26,089 nt of DNA from Chloroflexota bacterium (GTDB lineage: Bacteria > Chloroflexota > Dehalococcoidia > Plut-88900). Shown in pieces: positions 8,389 to 17,321 of this stretch. The notes below the pieces were generated by a model. That model made no database searches, had not been told where the DNA came from, and saw nothing but the letters and a program-made list of their open reading frames with translations. The translations under genes and the position numbers were made by a program. The DNA lies in the NCBI GenBank assembly GCA_022566235.1, contig JADFJI010000001.1:1-26089 (forward strand). The letters run 5' to 3'. Each line of letters starts with the position of its first letter. Within the stretch, counting starts at the first letter, position 1.

Positions 8389-9681
8389 CTATCCGAGATT
8401 GTCAGGATAGTCCATGCCGATGTGCCCGGCATCCTCCAGCCGCCTATACTCCTGTTCGGTAGTCCCCAGAAGCTCCTTATAGGCCCACTCGTTGTGCTCT
8501 CCCAGCATGGGAGATGGAAAACGGATGCGGTTGGGGGTCTCGGCCATCTTCCACATCATGCCGGGATACAGGTGTGTGCCGGTGGCCGGCTGGGTAAGCT
8601 CCTCGAAATAGCCCCGAGAGCGCATCTGTGGGTCCGCGAAGAGCTCCCCCTGGTCGTAAACCGGGGCCGCTGGAACCCCATTTGCCTGCAACAGGTGCAT
8701 GAGCTGGATGTGGTCCCGATCCGTGGTCCACTCCGCCAGGTGGCTGTCTATCTCGTCCTGGAGTCGGTATCTGCCCAGCACCGTGGCCAGGGCCGGGTCC
8801 CGGGCCCATTCCGGATCGCCCATGACCTGGCGCAGGCTTTCCCACTCCTCGTCGGTCCCTATCGATATGACCAGCCAGTTGTCCCGACCCTTGCAAGGAT
8901 AGCATCCCTGGGGCGCACGGGACGGATGGCCGTTGCCCAGGGGCCCCTGGACCCGTCGATTCATGACGTAGTCCATTATCGCTTCTCCGACATAGGAGAC
9001 CGTCGCCTCCGCTGTCGGGACCTCTATCAGCTGGCCCTCTCCGGTATTTCTTCGGTGATACAAGGCCGCGACGATAGCGAACGCAGCGGTGACTCCCCCG
9101 ATGGCATCGCTCAGGTAGGTAGTACCCTTGGTATAAGGGGGCGCGTCCCTGTACCCCCGAATCCAGGTATGGCCCGCCACCGATTCCATGTGGGACCCGA
9201 AGGCCCGGTAGTTGGCGTATGGGCCGCTGAGGCCGAAGGCCGGCACCCGGGCCAGTATGACGTCGGGCCTGACCTCCTTTAGCATCCCGTAAGTCACCCC
9301 CAGCTTGTCGTAGGTCTGCGGCACGTTGTTCTCGATCACCACGTCAGAAATACTGACCAGCCGGAGAAACGTTTCCATGCAGTCGGGGTTGGGAAGGTTA
9401 GAGGTCATACTCAGCTTGTTCCTGCCATGGAGTTGGAAGAGGACGTTGCGATTCCAGTGGCGGTCTCCCGGATCGCCGCCAGGGTAATCGTTGGTGTAGT
9501 CGGTAATGCCTCTCTTGATAGGACGAACGCCTGGAGCCCGGGTCATGGGCTGGAAGACCTGCAGGGGTTCGACGCGAATGACCTCGGCCCCCCAATCGGC
9601 CAGAAGCTGGGCGCAGAAGGGGCCCACCCAAACCAGGGTCTGATCCACGACTCGCACGCCCTCCAGAGGTAAATTTCCCAT
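8389..9681 (-). CDS. Class III (CaiB/BaiF) CoA-transferase, Asp-bearing subunit (pair 1)
   Basis: VWVGPFCAQLLADWGAEVIRVE, HGRNKLS, DVVIEN, and the catalytic-position Asp192 in LSDAIGG. The start overlaps the upstream stop (TAATG). Confidence 0.93.
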   Translation of the reverse strand: MGNLPLEGVRVVDQTLVWVGPFCAQLLADWGAEVIRVEPLQVFQPMTRAPGVRPIKRGITDYTNDYPGGDPGDRHWNRNVLFQLHGRNKLSMTSNLPNPDCMETFLRLVSISDVVIENNVPQTYDKLGVTYGMLKEVRPDVILARVPAFGLSGPYANYRAFGSHMESVAGHTWIRGYRDAPPYTKGTTYLSDAIGGVTAAFAIVAALYHRRNTGEGQLIEVPTAEATVSYVGEAIMDYVMNRRVQGPLGNGHPSRAPQGCYPCKGRDNWLVISIGTDEEWESLRQVMGDPEWARDPALATVLGRYRLQDEIDSHLAEWTTDRDHIQLMHLLQANGVPAAPVYDQGELFADPQMRSRGYFEELTQPATGTHLYPGMMWKMAETPNRIRFPSPMLGEHNEWAYKELLGTTEQEYRRLEDAGHIGMDYPDNLG

Positions 9682-10904
9682 TAGATTACGTCCATCTGAC
9701 GCAGGCGGCTCAGGTCACTGGGGCTGTATCCCAGCAGACCGCAATAGATATCCGTGTTGTGCTGGCCCAGGGTGGGCGCGGGCCTTCTTACTCGCCACGG
9801 GGTGGCACCCATCAGGATCTGACGCCCCGGGTATTCCAGAAGGCCTGAATCCCCACTCTCCACCTTGGTCCAGAGACCCCTTATCCGGAAGTGAGGGTCT
9901 TCCAGTACGCCCGACGAGTCGTATAGGGGCGCGGTCAGGACCCTGTGCTCCTGAGTCTTGGCCCATATCTCCCGCTGGGTGCGCTGACTCAGCCAGTCCA
10001 GGAGCCTCCTTTCCAGGGCCTCTACCTTGACCCGATCTTCTGATGTCTCGGAGACGACGGCCAAGGGTCCCCGCAACGGCTCAGCGCCATCCATCATCGC
10101 TATCAGCCTGGGCATCCGCTCCCTGGCCCGAACGTCGATGTAGCCGTCCTTGCATGGGTAGATGGTGCCCAGATACGATCCCTGGGTCTCGAGGCGGGAG
10201 AAGCGGTTGCCGGTGTACTGATGATTCACCAGCATAGCCGTCTGCCGGTCAACGGAGCCGGCCTGAGTCTCCATGATGGATATGTCGATATGGTCGCCAC
10301 GGGCGTCTCGCTGATTTCTATACACCGCCATGAGGGTGGCAACGGCCGCCATCTGGCCGGCTAGGAAGAGGCCGACATTAGCACCCAGCTTCACCGGCTC
10401 GCGTCCCGAGGTGCCGGTGAAGAGCATCGGCCCACCTATGGCATATTCGATTATCTCGGTGGCCTTGTAGTCCCGATACGGTCCCGTCTGGCCGAAGTTG
10501 GAGATGGAGGTCATGACCAGGCCCGGCTTTAGCCGGGTCAATCGGGAGTACGTAAGGCCCAGCCGGTCCATCACCCCGGGCCGGAAATTTTCCACAACCA
10601 CATCGGCCCACTTTACCAGCTCTCCGAAGATCCTAGCCCCTGCGGCAGCCTTGAGGTTGAGGGTGATTCCAACCTTGTTATGGTTCAGATGCAGGAAAGC
10701 GCCGCTCTTCTCTGCATGGGGGTGGTCCCGGAGAAAGGGCCCCATCCTCCGCCCCGGGTCTCCCTGGCCGGGCCTCTCAACCTTGATCACCTCGGCCCCG
10801 TAGTCGGCCAGCAGCCTGGTGCAGAAGGGCCCGGCCACGTAGTGGGTAAGGTCCAATACTTTTACACGGCCCAGGGCCTGTGAGTTAGCGAGATTAGTAT
10901 TCAT
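9681..10904 (-). CDS. Class III (CaiB/BaiF) CoA-transferase, subunit lacking the catalytic Asp (pair 1)
   Basis: VLDLTHYVAGPFCTRLLADYGAEVIKVE, ADVVVENFRPG and SISNFGQTGPY motifs. Start set at ATG 10904 rather than 10982. Leu occupies the Asp position (NVGLFLAG). Confidence 0.92.
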   Translation of the reverse strand: MNTNLANSQALGRVKVLDLTHYVAGPFCTRLLADYGAEVIKVERPGQGDPGRRMGPFLRDHPHAEKSGAFLHLNHNKVGITLNLKAAAGARIFGELVKWADVVVENFRPGVMDRLGLTYSRLTRLKPGLVMTSISNFGQTGPYRDYKATEIIEYAIGGPMLFTGTSGREPVKLGANVGLFLAGQMAAVATLMAVYRNQRDARGDHIDISIMETQAGSVDRQTAMLVNHQYTGNRFSRLETQGSYLGTIYPCKDGYIDVRARERMPRLIAMMDGAEPLRGPLAVVSETSEDRVKVEALERRLLDWLSQRTQREIWAKTQEHRVLTAPLYDSSGVLEDPHFRIRGLWTKVESGDSGLLEYPGRQILMGATPWRVRRPAPTLGQHNTDIYCGLLGYSPSDLSRLRQMDVI

Positions 10905-11001
10905 CCGTAAGCTTGGCCTGGCGGTTCCAGCTGAACTGGGACCACAGGAGTTAAATATAGCCCCCACGTGTATCTCAGGCAAGAGCCTTGGAGGAGGAGA
11001 A

Positions 11002-11030
11002 TTGACTTTCCCAGCCTCCAGGATTAAGGT
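11002..11030 (+). promoter_or_regulatory. Putative sigma70-type promoter for the LLM gene
   Basis: TTGACT-N17-TAAGGT, 45 nt upstream of ATG 11076. Confidence 0.55.
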
Positions 11031-11075
11031 CGCGTCTGCTCTGGTTCAAGTCTACGGGGGGTAAGTAGGTTTTGC

Positions 11076-12008
11076 ATGGCCGATATTAAGATCGGGTTCC
11101 ACTACAGCAGGCTATACGACCTGGTCCCTATTCCCGAGTTTGCCAGGCTCGCTGAGGAGATGGGTCTGGACTCCGTCTGGCTGCCCGAGGGCCTGGTAAA
11201 CGAGGTCCCTGCCCTGGACATCCTGATGGGCATGAGCGGATTCGTACATCACACCCGGAATATCACCGTAGGGGCAAGCGTTGTGCTGCTTCCTTTGAGA
11301 AATCCAGTCGTACTAGCAAAGGAGGTGTCGACCCTGGACCTGCTCTCGGGCGGAAGAGTGGTGCTGGGGATCGGGGTAGGAGGCCCTCCCGACTCCAACC
11401 CGGCCTCTTTCCAGGCCTGCGGAGTGAGCATGAGGGAGCGGGGCGCCCGCACCGACGAGGCCCTGGAGATCATGACCAAGCTGTGGACCGGGGCCCCGGT
11501 TAGCCACCAGGGCAGGTTCTACAGCTTCCAGGACATCGTGATGGAGCCCCGCCCAGCCCAACGGCCCCATCCACCTATATGGGCCGGAGGCGCCTCTGAT
11601 GGGATGCTTCGGAGAGCGGCCCACTGGTGCGATGGGTTTGTGCCGGTAGGCGTGAATCCTGAGGAGTATGGCGCGCTTTGGGACCGGATACAGCGGTACG
11701 GAGAGGCGTACCAGAGAGACACCACCGGCATGACCAAGGCGGTCCACCTGTTCTACCGCATCGGCGATAGCCGGGAGGAGGCCCGACGGACCGGCGAGGA
11801 GGTGCTGAACAGGCGCAGGGGGTTCGCTTTGACCCTGGCCGACGATGACAGATATGCCTTCGGCACGGCCGGGGACTGCATGCGAACGGTCGAGAGGTTC
11901 GTGGATGCGGGGATCACCCATTTCATATTCAACGCCCTGGTCCCCGATGCCGAGGTCATGGGACAGGTGGAGCGGCTAGTGGAGGAGATAGTCCCCTACT
12001 TTAAGTAG
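11076..12008 (+). CDS. Luciferase-like monooxygenase (LLM) family oxidoreductase, probably F420-dependent
   Basis: AEEMGLDSVWLPE, LPLRNPVVLAKEVSTLDLLSGGRVVLGIGVG, RGARTDEALE and PPIWAGG motifs. F420 dependence is inferred. Confidence 0.9.
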   Translation: MADIKIGFHYSRLYDLVPIPEFARLAEEMGLDSVWLPEGLVNEVPALDILMGMSGFVHHTRNITVGASVVLLPLRNPVVLAKEVSTLDLLSGGRVVLGIGVGGPPDSNPASFQACGVSMRERGARTDEALEIMTKLWTGAPVSHQGRFYSFQDIVMEPRPAQRPHPPIWAGGASDGMLRRAAHWCDGFVPVGVNPEEYGALWDRIQRYGEAYQRDTTGMTKAVHLFYRIGDSREEARRTGEEVLNRRRGFALTLADDDRYAFGTAGDCMRTVERFVDAGITHFIFNALVPDAEVMGQVERLVEEIVPYFK

Positions 12009-12107
12009 CAATTCCCTGTGCTGGTTGCCGCGGGCGCCATAAAGATTGAGCCAGGGTTGATAAGGAACTGAATGGGGCCGTCTCAAAACAACATCCCAGA
12101 CAACGGG

Positions 12108-12380
12108 TTATCCGGTGGCTATGGCGTCCCAGAGGACCCAGCCCTCTTTGCCGTCGCCGTAGCGTATGTGGGCCCTCTGGGATAAAGAGCCGTATACATC
12201 CTTCTGCTCTTCAAATACGGTGACGTCGATGGTGTCCTGGATCTCGTCCAACACCTTGGAGCCCTCCACGGCGCTCATGGGCTCGCTCCAGACTCGAACT
12301 GTGCCGTTCCACTTCTTCAGGGTCTCTTTGCTCACCTTGGCCTGATAAGGCTCAACTTCCTCAATCTTGTTCATCGCCAT
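12108..12380 (-). CDS. Small hypothetical protein, possibly SH3-like beta-barrel
   Basis: 90 aa with a GAGGAGG RBS inside the dnaJ 3' end and a 20-nt overlap with dnaJ. The C-terminus RAHIRYGDGKEGWVLWDAI resembles bacterial SH3b endings. Confidence 0.7.
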   Translation of the reverse strand: MAMNKIEEVEPYQAKVSKETLKKWNGTVRVWSEPMSAVEGSKVLDEIQDTIDVTVFEEQKDVYGSLSQRAHIRYGDGKEGWVLWDAIATG

Positions 12381-13455
12381 CGTGTTCCGATCGCCTCCTC
12401 AGTTTCTGAAACCTCTCTAGCAACTCCTTCTCGCTTCGACTGAGGCCCGTGGGGGTGACCACCTTGACCACAACGTACTGGTCCCCCGTTCCATACCCGT
12501 CAGAGCGGGGCAACCCGCCTCCAGGTATCTTAACTACAGTCCCAGGTTGAGTGCCCTCAGGCACATCGATGTCGACATCACCGTTCAGGCTCGGGACCTG
12601 GACCCTACCTCCCAGGGCCAGGGTTGTGATGTCTATTTCCTGCCTGAGAAATATGTCGTCCCCCTGACGTTCGAAGACGGGGTGTTGCAGGACGTTGACC
12701 ACAATATACAGGTCCCCGGGCAGGCTCTCACCTCCCTCGCCCTCACCTGTCATTTTGATTGCGTATCCGGTGTCGGCACCGGCAGGAATGTCGACCTTGA
12801 TCTCTACCGTCTCCCGGATTCTCCCAATCCCATCGCAAGTCTTACACGGGCCCGTGATGATGGCCCCCGTACCCCCACAGGTGGCACAGGTGGTGATCTG
12901 CCTGACCACCCCGAAGTCCACTATCTCCTGCCTCACCGACTGTCCAGTCCCCCGGCACGTACTACACTCGATGCGGCCTCCGACCTCGGCCCCTGTGCCA
13001 CTGCATCCCGGGCACCTGGACGTCCTGGATATCTGGGCTGTCTTCTGGACGCCCCGGGCCACCTCCTCCAGGGTTACCTCCAGGTCGTACCTGAGGTCGG
13101 ACCCTCTTCGAGACCTGCTACGCCGACCGGCCGAAGCTCCGAAGACTCCGCCGAACAGGTCACCCAGGCCAAATTCCCGAAAGAGCATCGAGAAGTCGAC
13201 GCTCCTGAAGATGTCCTCCTGGGTGTAACCTTCCAGGCCCGAATGGCCGTAGCTATCATAGAGGCTGCGGTTCTTTTCGTCGCTCAGTACCGCGTAGGCC
13301 TCGTTCACCTGCTTCATCTTTTCGGCGGCCTCTGAGTTCCCCGGATTCCTATCGGGGTGGTACTTCATAGCCATGGTACGGTAGGCCGTCTTTATGGCCT
13401 GGGCATCCGCACCCTGGTTAGTCCCCAGGACTTCGTAGTAGTCCTGTTTGGGCAT
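12361..13455 (-). CDS. dnaJ: Class A DnaJ/Hsp40 co-chaperone
   Basis: J-domain with HPD, a G/F region with DIF, four CxxCxGxG repeats, and the C-terminal GDLY and PEGTQPG motifs. Confidence 0.96.
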   Translation of the reverse strand: MPKQDYYEVLGTNQGADAQAIKTAYRTMAMKYHPDRNPGNSEAAEKMKQVNEAYAVLSDEKNRSLYDSYGHSGLEGYTQEDIFRSVDFSMLFREFGLGDLFGGVFGASAGRRSRSRRGSDLRYDLEVTLEEVARGVQKTAQISRTSRCPGCSGTGAEVGGRIECSTCRGTGQSVRQEIVDFGVVRQITTCATCGGTGAIITGPCKTCDGIGRIRETVEIKVDIPAGADTGYAIKMTGEGEGGESLPGDLYIVVNVLQHPVFERQGDDIFLRQEIDITTLALGGRVQVPSLNGDVDIDVPEGTQPGTVVKIPGGGLPRSDGYGTGDQYVVVKVVTPTGLSRSEKELLERFQKLRRRSEHDGDEQD

Positions 13456-13460
13456 GCAGC

Positions 13461-13619
13461 TCAGCCTCCGATGTACTTCCAGCTAACCCCATCCCAGGAA
13501 TAGATGGCGGTACCGCAACTGCGGCACAGGATAGTGGTAGTCTCGCTCTCCCTCTGCTTGCTGCTTCTGACCAGCTTCTTACACCTGGTGCAGTAGATCT
13601 TTTTGGACAGTAAGTCCAT
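13461..13619 (-). CDS. Small zinc-ribbon protein (52 aa)
   Basis: CTRC and CRSC pairs. ATG 13619 has a GAGGA RBS. Its 3' end carries the GGAGG RBS of dnaJ. Confidence 0.75.
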   Translation of the reverse strand: MDLLSKKIYCTRCKKLVRSSKQRESETTTILCRSCGTAIYSWDGVSWKYIGG

Positions 13620-13870
13620 CGACAATCCTCTGTTCCTTCTCTCCAGCTCTGGCCCGTGCCCTCCGACTGGCAAAATCCCCAGAATAACCCGACTTCGAGC
13701 TAATCGAAGGTCGGCGGCCTCAACGCTGGCTAAAAACTTTTCCTATATGAACTCCGGCTCTATTAGCGCCAATCTAATAACCAAATTGAAATGTGCCTGC
13801 CTGTCCAGGGTTTTGTTCACCGCAATTCAAGGACAGTTGTCTATATCCAGGTAGAATACCAGCGCGCCCA

Positions 13871-14077
13871 TTAGCTGTTGGCCGGCGGATGCTGTCTGAA
13901 GGGAGGCTTCGATGGAGCCCTGACATAGTAGTCTACTTTAGAAGCTGAAGCCGACACCAGTTTCTGGCCCTTGGCCCCACAGGAAGGACACGAAGCGGGG
14001 GCGTCCGACTGGCTCATCGGGCGCATGAGCTCGAACTCCTTTCGACAGCTGGCACAGTAATACTCATATATCGCCAA
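13871..14077 (-). CDS. FmdB-family zinc-ribbon protein
   Basis: MAIYEYYCASCRKEFE...CPSCG...KLVS signature. TTG start with GGAGG RBS. Confidence 0.9.
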   Translation of the reverse strand: MAIYEYYCASCRKEFELMRPMSQSDAPASCPSCGAKGQKLVSASASKVDYYVRAPSKPPFRQHPPANS

Positions 14078-14130
14078 GGAGACCTCCGGCGACGACCCTT
14101 TCCCCTGGTTGGGTCGGCCTTACTTTTTCG

Positions 14131-14364
14131 TTATTGCTCCGACCTCCATCCGGTCTTCTCGTATACCTCATCAAGCTCCTTGCGCCTCTGCTCCACCACA
14201 TCCTGCACCTTCGCCTCGATATCGTCAGTTATTATCAGAAGGGCTATCTGGTTCTTGTGATGCCACACCTGTAGATTCCCGAAAGTCTCCTGTACCCAGT
14301 AGCCTTCCTTGACCTGGTCCTCTTTGAGGTATTGAGTGGGGGATATATCTTCGGTGTACGCCAA
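14131..14364 (-). CDS. Small hypothetical protein (77 aa)
   Basis: GGAGG lies 7 nt before TTG 14364, a better spacing than for GTG 14370. Protein-like composition with a charged C-terminal helix. Confidence 0.65.
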   Translation of the reverse strand: MAYTEDISPTQYLKEDQVKEGYWVQETFGNLQVWHHKNQIALLIITDDIEAKVQDVVEQRRKELDEVYEKTGWRSEQ

Positions 14365-14422
14365 ATTCACACCTCCAGAAAACTGTATGGTTCCGCTTAT
14401 CTGTATACGGTTTAGCGGAGAT

Positions 14423-14450
14423 AGTATACGTTGTCTGAACCTAATGTTAA
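14423..14450 (-). promoter_or_regulatory. Possible promoter of the small-ORF/dnaJ cluster
   Basis: TTAACA-N16-TATACT on the minus strand in an AT-rich stretch. Confidence 0.35.
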
Positions 14451-14499
14451 AGCTAGTGTTTAGTCATGTTGTTAACAAAACAAAATGCTGTACAAAGTT

Positions 14500-14576
14500 C
14501 CCCGCTCGTCCTTCGACAGGCTCAGGATGAGCGGGGATTCCAATCCGCTCGTGGTGAGCTAGTCGAACCATGGCGG
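14500..14576. repeat. Inverted pair of REP-like hairpins with TTCGAC(A/T)(A/G)GCTCA loops
   Basis: CCCCGCTCGTCCTTCGACAGGCTCAGGATGAGCGGGG (14500-14536) and an oppositely oriented unit (14545-14576). Confidence 0.88.
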
Positions 14577-14664
14577 CTTAGGTGGGGTTGATAACTATTG
14601 CTGCGACTGAGCACTAGACCCAGAGGCCTACGTAACGACAGATAAAACCACCCTGACACAACCG

Positions 14665-15972
14665 CTACGGTATGCTGGGGTGGTAATCCATGCCTATGTG
14701 GCCTGAGTCCTCAAGCTTGCGGTATTCTGCATCAGACACGCCCAGCACCTCTTTATAGACGTACTCATTATGCTCGCCCAGGAGGGGAGGAGGGGTCCGG
14801 ATGGCGTTTGGGGTCCTGGAGAACTTGGCGATGATGGATGGAAACTCATACGTACCCGTCTCTGAGTGGGAGACAGCCTGGAAGAACCGCCTCTCTCTGA
14901 GATGGGGGTCGCGGTAGACCTCCGCCTGGTCCAGGACAGCGGCCGCGGGCACGCCCTCCTTCTGGAGGGTCTCCATCACCACCCTCTTGTCCAGGGTCTC
15001 CGTCCACCGGCTTATGAGCTGGTCCAGCTCGTCCTGGTTATCGAAACGGCGGAGGGTATCAGCGAACCTCGAATCCCGGGTCCAGGGAGGATCGCCCATG
15101 GCCCGGCAAAGTCCGGCCCACTGCTCCTCGGTAGCGATGCCCATGACGGCCCACTGGTCATCTCCCTTGCAAGGATAGCAACCGTGAGGGGCCATGGACC
15201 GGTGCCGGTTTCCGAGCGTCGTCTGGACTCGACTGTTCAACAGGTAGTCCATGGTGACGTCGCCGACGTAGGAAGCGTAGTTCTCAACCTGGGCAAGCTC
15301 GATGAGCTGTCCCTGGCCCGTGCGCCGTCGATACCTGAGGGCCATCATTATCGCCAGGGCGCCGTTCACCCCGCCGGCGGCATCGCTGAAGAAAACGTCC
15401 TCCTGGAACTCCAGGCCAAGGTCCGGGTAACCTCGTATCTGGGTGTGGCCCGAGATACCATCTATATGGCTGCCGAGGCACCTGAACCTCCTGTAGGGCC
15501 CCTCCAACCCGAACCCCGGCATTCGGATCATGATCAGGGCCGGGTTGACTTTCCTGAGGATTTCGTAAGATAGGCCGAGTTTTTCTCCAGTGGTGGGGAC
15601 GTTGTTTTCTATGAGCACGTCGGATACGCCGACGAGCCTGTGAAAAATGGCAGCCCCTTCAGGCCTGGAGATGTTAAGGGTCATGCTCTTCTTATTTCGA
15701 GCGTGGACGTTAAAAGAGGGGCTCCTATTCCAGGGCCTGGCTCCGGGGTCCCAATCGGGAAAGGCGACCCCCCAGGTCTTGCGGGCCATGACCTCCTTCT
15801 TCGGGGGTCTGGCACGATGTCCTCGGGACAGGGGCTGAAAGGCATCGATGGGCTCGACCCGTACCACCTCCGCGCCCCAGTCGGCCAGCAGCTGGGTGGC
15901 GTATGGCCCGGCCCACACCACCGTGATGTCGATTACCCTTATTCCGTCGAGGGGGAGCTTGTTGCCGGTCAA
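14665..15972 (-). CDS. Class III CoA-transferase, Asp-bearing subunit (pair 2)
   Basis: VVWAGPYATQLLADWGAEVVRVE, HARNKKS, and Asp197 in FSDAAGG. TTG start with AAGGA RBS. Confidence 0.93.
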   Translation of the reverse strand: MTGNKLPLDGIRVIDITVVWAGPYATQLLADWGAEVVRVEPIDAFQPLSRGHRARPPKKEVMARKTWGVAFPDWDPGARPWNRSPSFNVHARNKKSMTLNISRPEGAAIFHRLVGVSDVLIENNVPTTGEKLGLSYEILRKVNPALIMIRMPGFGLEGPYRRFRCLGSHIDGISGHTQIRGYPDLGLEFQEDVFFSDAAGGVNGALAIMMALRYRRRTGQGQLIELAQVENYASYVGDVTMDYLLNSRVQTTLGNRHRSMAPHGCYPCKGDDQWAVMGIATEEQWAGLCRAMGDPPWTRDSRFADTLRRFDNQDELDQLISRWTETLDKRVVMETLQKEGVPAAAVLDQAEVYRDPHLRERRFFQAVSHSETGTYEFPSIIAKFSRTPNAIRTPPPLLGEHNEYVYKEVLGVSDAEYRKLEDSGHIGMDYHPSIP

Positions 15973-15997
15973 ACCGTTTTCCTTACAGCACGAATGA

Positions 15998-17206
15998 TTA
16001 GATAACCGCCAGTTCCTTCAGTTTAACCAGGTCCCCTCTGCTATAACCCAGCAGGCCAGAGTATACCTCCCGATTATGCTCCCCCAGGGTCGGAGCGGGA
16101 CGCCTGAGGGACCAGGGAGAGGAATACAGGTTGAAAGGTCGTCCCGGTATGGTGGATCTGCCGGTGTAGGGTCTCTCCACCCGGGACCAGAATCCCCTGG
16201 CAGAGAAGTTGGGGTCAGTGACCAGCTGGGCCGAGGTGTACACGGGACCTGACATGATTCGCGCCTCTTGAGCAGAAGCCCAGGCCTCGATAACGGTGTG
16301 CTCCAGAAGCCAGGGAGCCAGCAGATCATCGAAGGCCAGGGAGCTCTCGGGAGTGCTGCGGGCCTCGGGGCTGGAGAAGAGCGGGTGCGATTTAAGGTCT
16401 GACCGGCCTATCATATCCAGGCATTTGTGGAGAATCGCATCCTCGGGATACATGTTCAAATAGCCATCCTGACACAGGTGGACTGAGGCCCCGCCCCTAT
16501 CGAGTTGGAATCCTCTGTGGACGACGTCGCCGGTGTATTGATAAGCCAAAAGCATGGCCGTGCCGCGGTCGATGCTCCCCGTCTGCACCTGATGGATGGA
16601 GATGTCTACGTGCTGGCCAGAGCCACGGGTCTCCCTGCCACGAAGGGCTATCATGGTGTGCAGCGCACCCTGGATACCCGCTTGATACTGGATGACGCTA
16701 GCCCCCATCTTAATCGGCTCCCTATCGGCCCGGCCCGTGGAGAACATCAACCCCGACAGAGCGTAATAGACCGCTTCCGTGGCCTCGAAGTCTCTATAAG
16801 GGCCCGTCTGGCCGAAGTTGGATATGGAGGTCATAACGAGCCCTGGATTGATCGCGCTCAGGGTTTCGTAGCCCAGGCCCAGGCCCGGCAGGACGGAAGG
16901 CCGGAAGTTCTCCACCACGACATCGGCCCACCCGACCAGCTCTTTGAAGATGCAGACCCCCGCCCCGGTCTTGAGGTTGAGGGTCACGCCCCGCTTGTTG
17001 TTGTTGAGGTAGAGGAACAGACCGCTTTTCTCGGGATGAGGGGAATCGTTCGGGAAGGGAGGTAGGTGGCGGGCCGGGTCGCCGATGCCCGGTCGTTCCA
17101 CCTTGATGATATCGGCCCCGAAATCGGCGAGGGCTTTGGTGCAAACAGGCCCGGCCACGTAGTGAGTGAGGTCTAATATCCTGAGGTCTTGGAGGGCCTG
17201 GTCCAT
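15998..17206 (-). CDS. Class III CoA-transferase, subunit lacking the catalytic Asp (pair 2)
   Basis: ILDLTHYVAGPVCTKALADFGADIIKVE and ADVVVENFRP motifs. Gln occupies the Asp position (SVIQYQAG). Confidence 0.92.
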   Translation of the reverse strand: MDQALQDLRILDLTHYVAGPVCTKALADFGADIIKVERPGIGDPARHLPPFPNDSPHPEKSGLFLYLNNNKRGVTLNLKTGAGVCIFKELVGWADVVVENFRPSVLPGLGLGYETLSAINPGLVMTSISNFGQTGPYRDFEATEAVYYALSGLMFSTGRADREPIKMGASVIQYQAGIQGALHTMIALRGRETRGSGQHVDISIHQVQTGSIDRGTAMLLAYQYTGDVVHRGFQLDRGGASVHLCQDGYLNMYPEDAILHKCLDMIGRSDLKSHPLFSSPEARSTPESSLAFDDLLAPWLLEHTVIEAWASAQEARIMSGPVYTSAQLVTDPNFSARGFWSRVERPYTGRSTIPGRPFNLYSSPWSLRRPAPTLGEHNREVYSGLLGYSRGDLVKLKELAVI

Positions 17207-17246
17207 CTAACCGACACTTCTCCGGCAGGTGAATAGTCTAGGGCAA

Positions 17247-17255
17247 ATTCTACCA
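17247..17255 (-). promoter_or_regulatory. Possible extended -10 promoter element for CoA-transferase pair 2
   Basis: TGG-TAGAAT on the minus strand about 40 nt upstream of ATG 17206; no good -35. Confidence 0.3.
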
Positions 17256-17321
17256 CTGGGTACAAGGGGCAAAGGATGTGGAGTGCCCGGTGTTCCGATG
17301 CAGGGTGATGAAGCGTGAAAG

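Noticed and set aside
8359-9282. Long antisense ORFs (also 12547..13335, 14866..15573, 21352..22245, 23162..23794, 24020..24718)
   Set aside because: These are shadows of real genes on the opposite strand in GC-rich DNA, with no recognisable motifs.
10905-10982. N-terminal extensions in the ORF track (also 7909-7926, 13620-13673, 19281-19301, 21392-21433)
   Set aside because: Downstream starts fit the family N-termini and, in most cases, RBS spacing or stop/start coupling better.
13620-13870. CIRCE heat-shock operator upstream of dnaJ
   Set aside because: No TTAGCACTC-N9-GAGTGCTAA match; TTAGCGCC has no partner arm.
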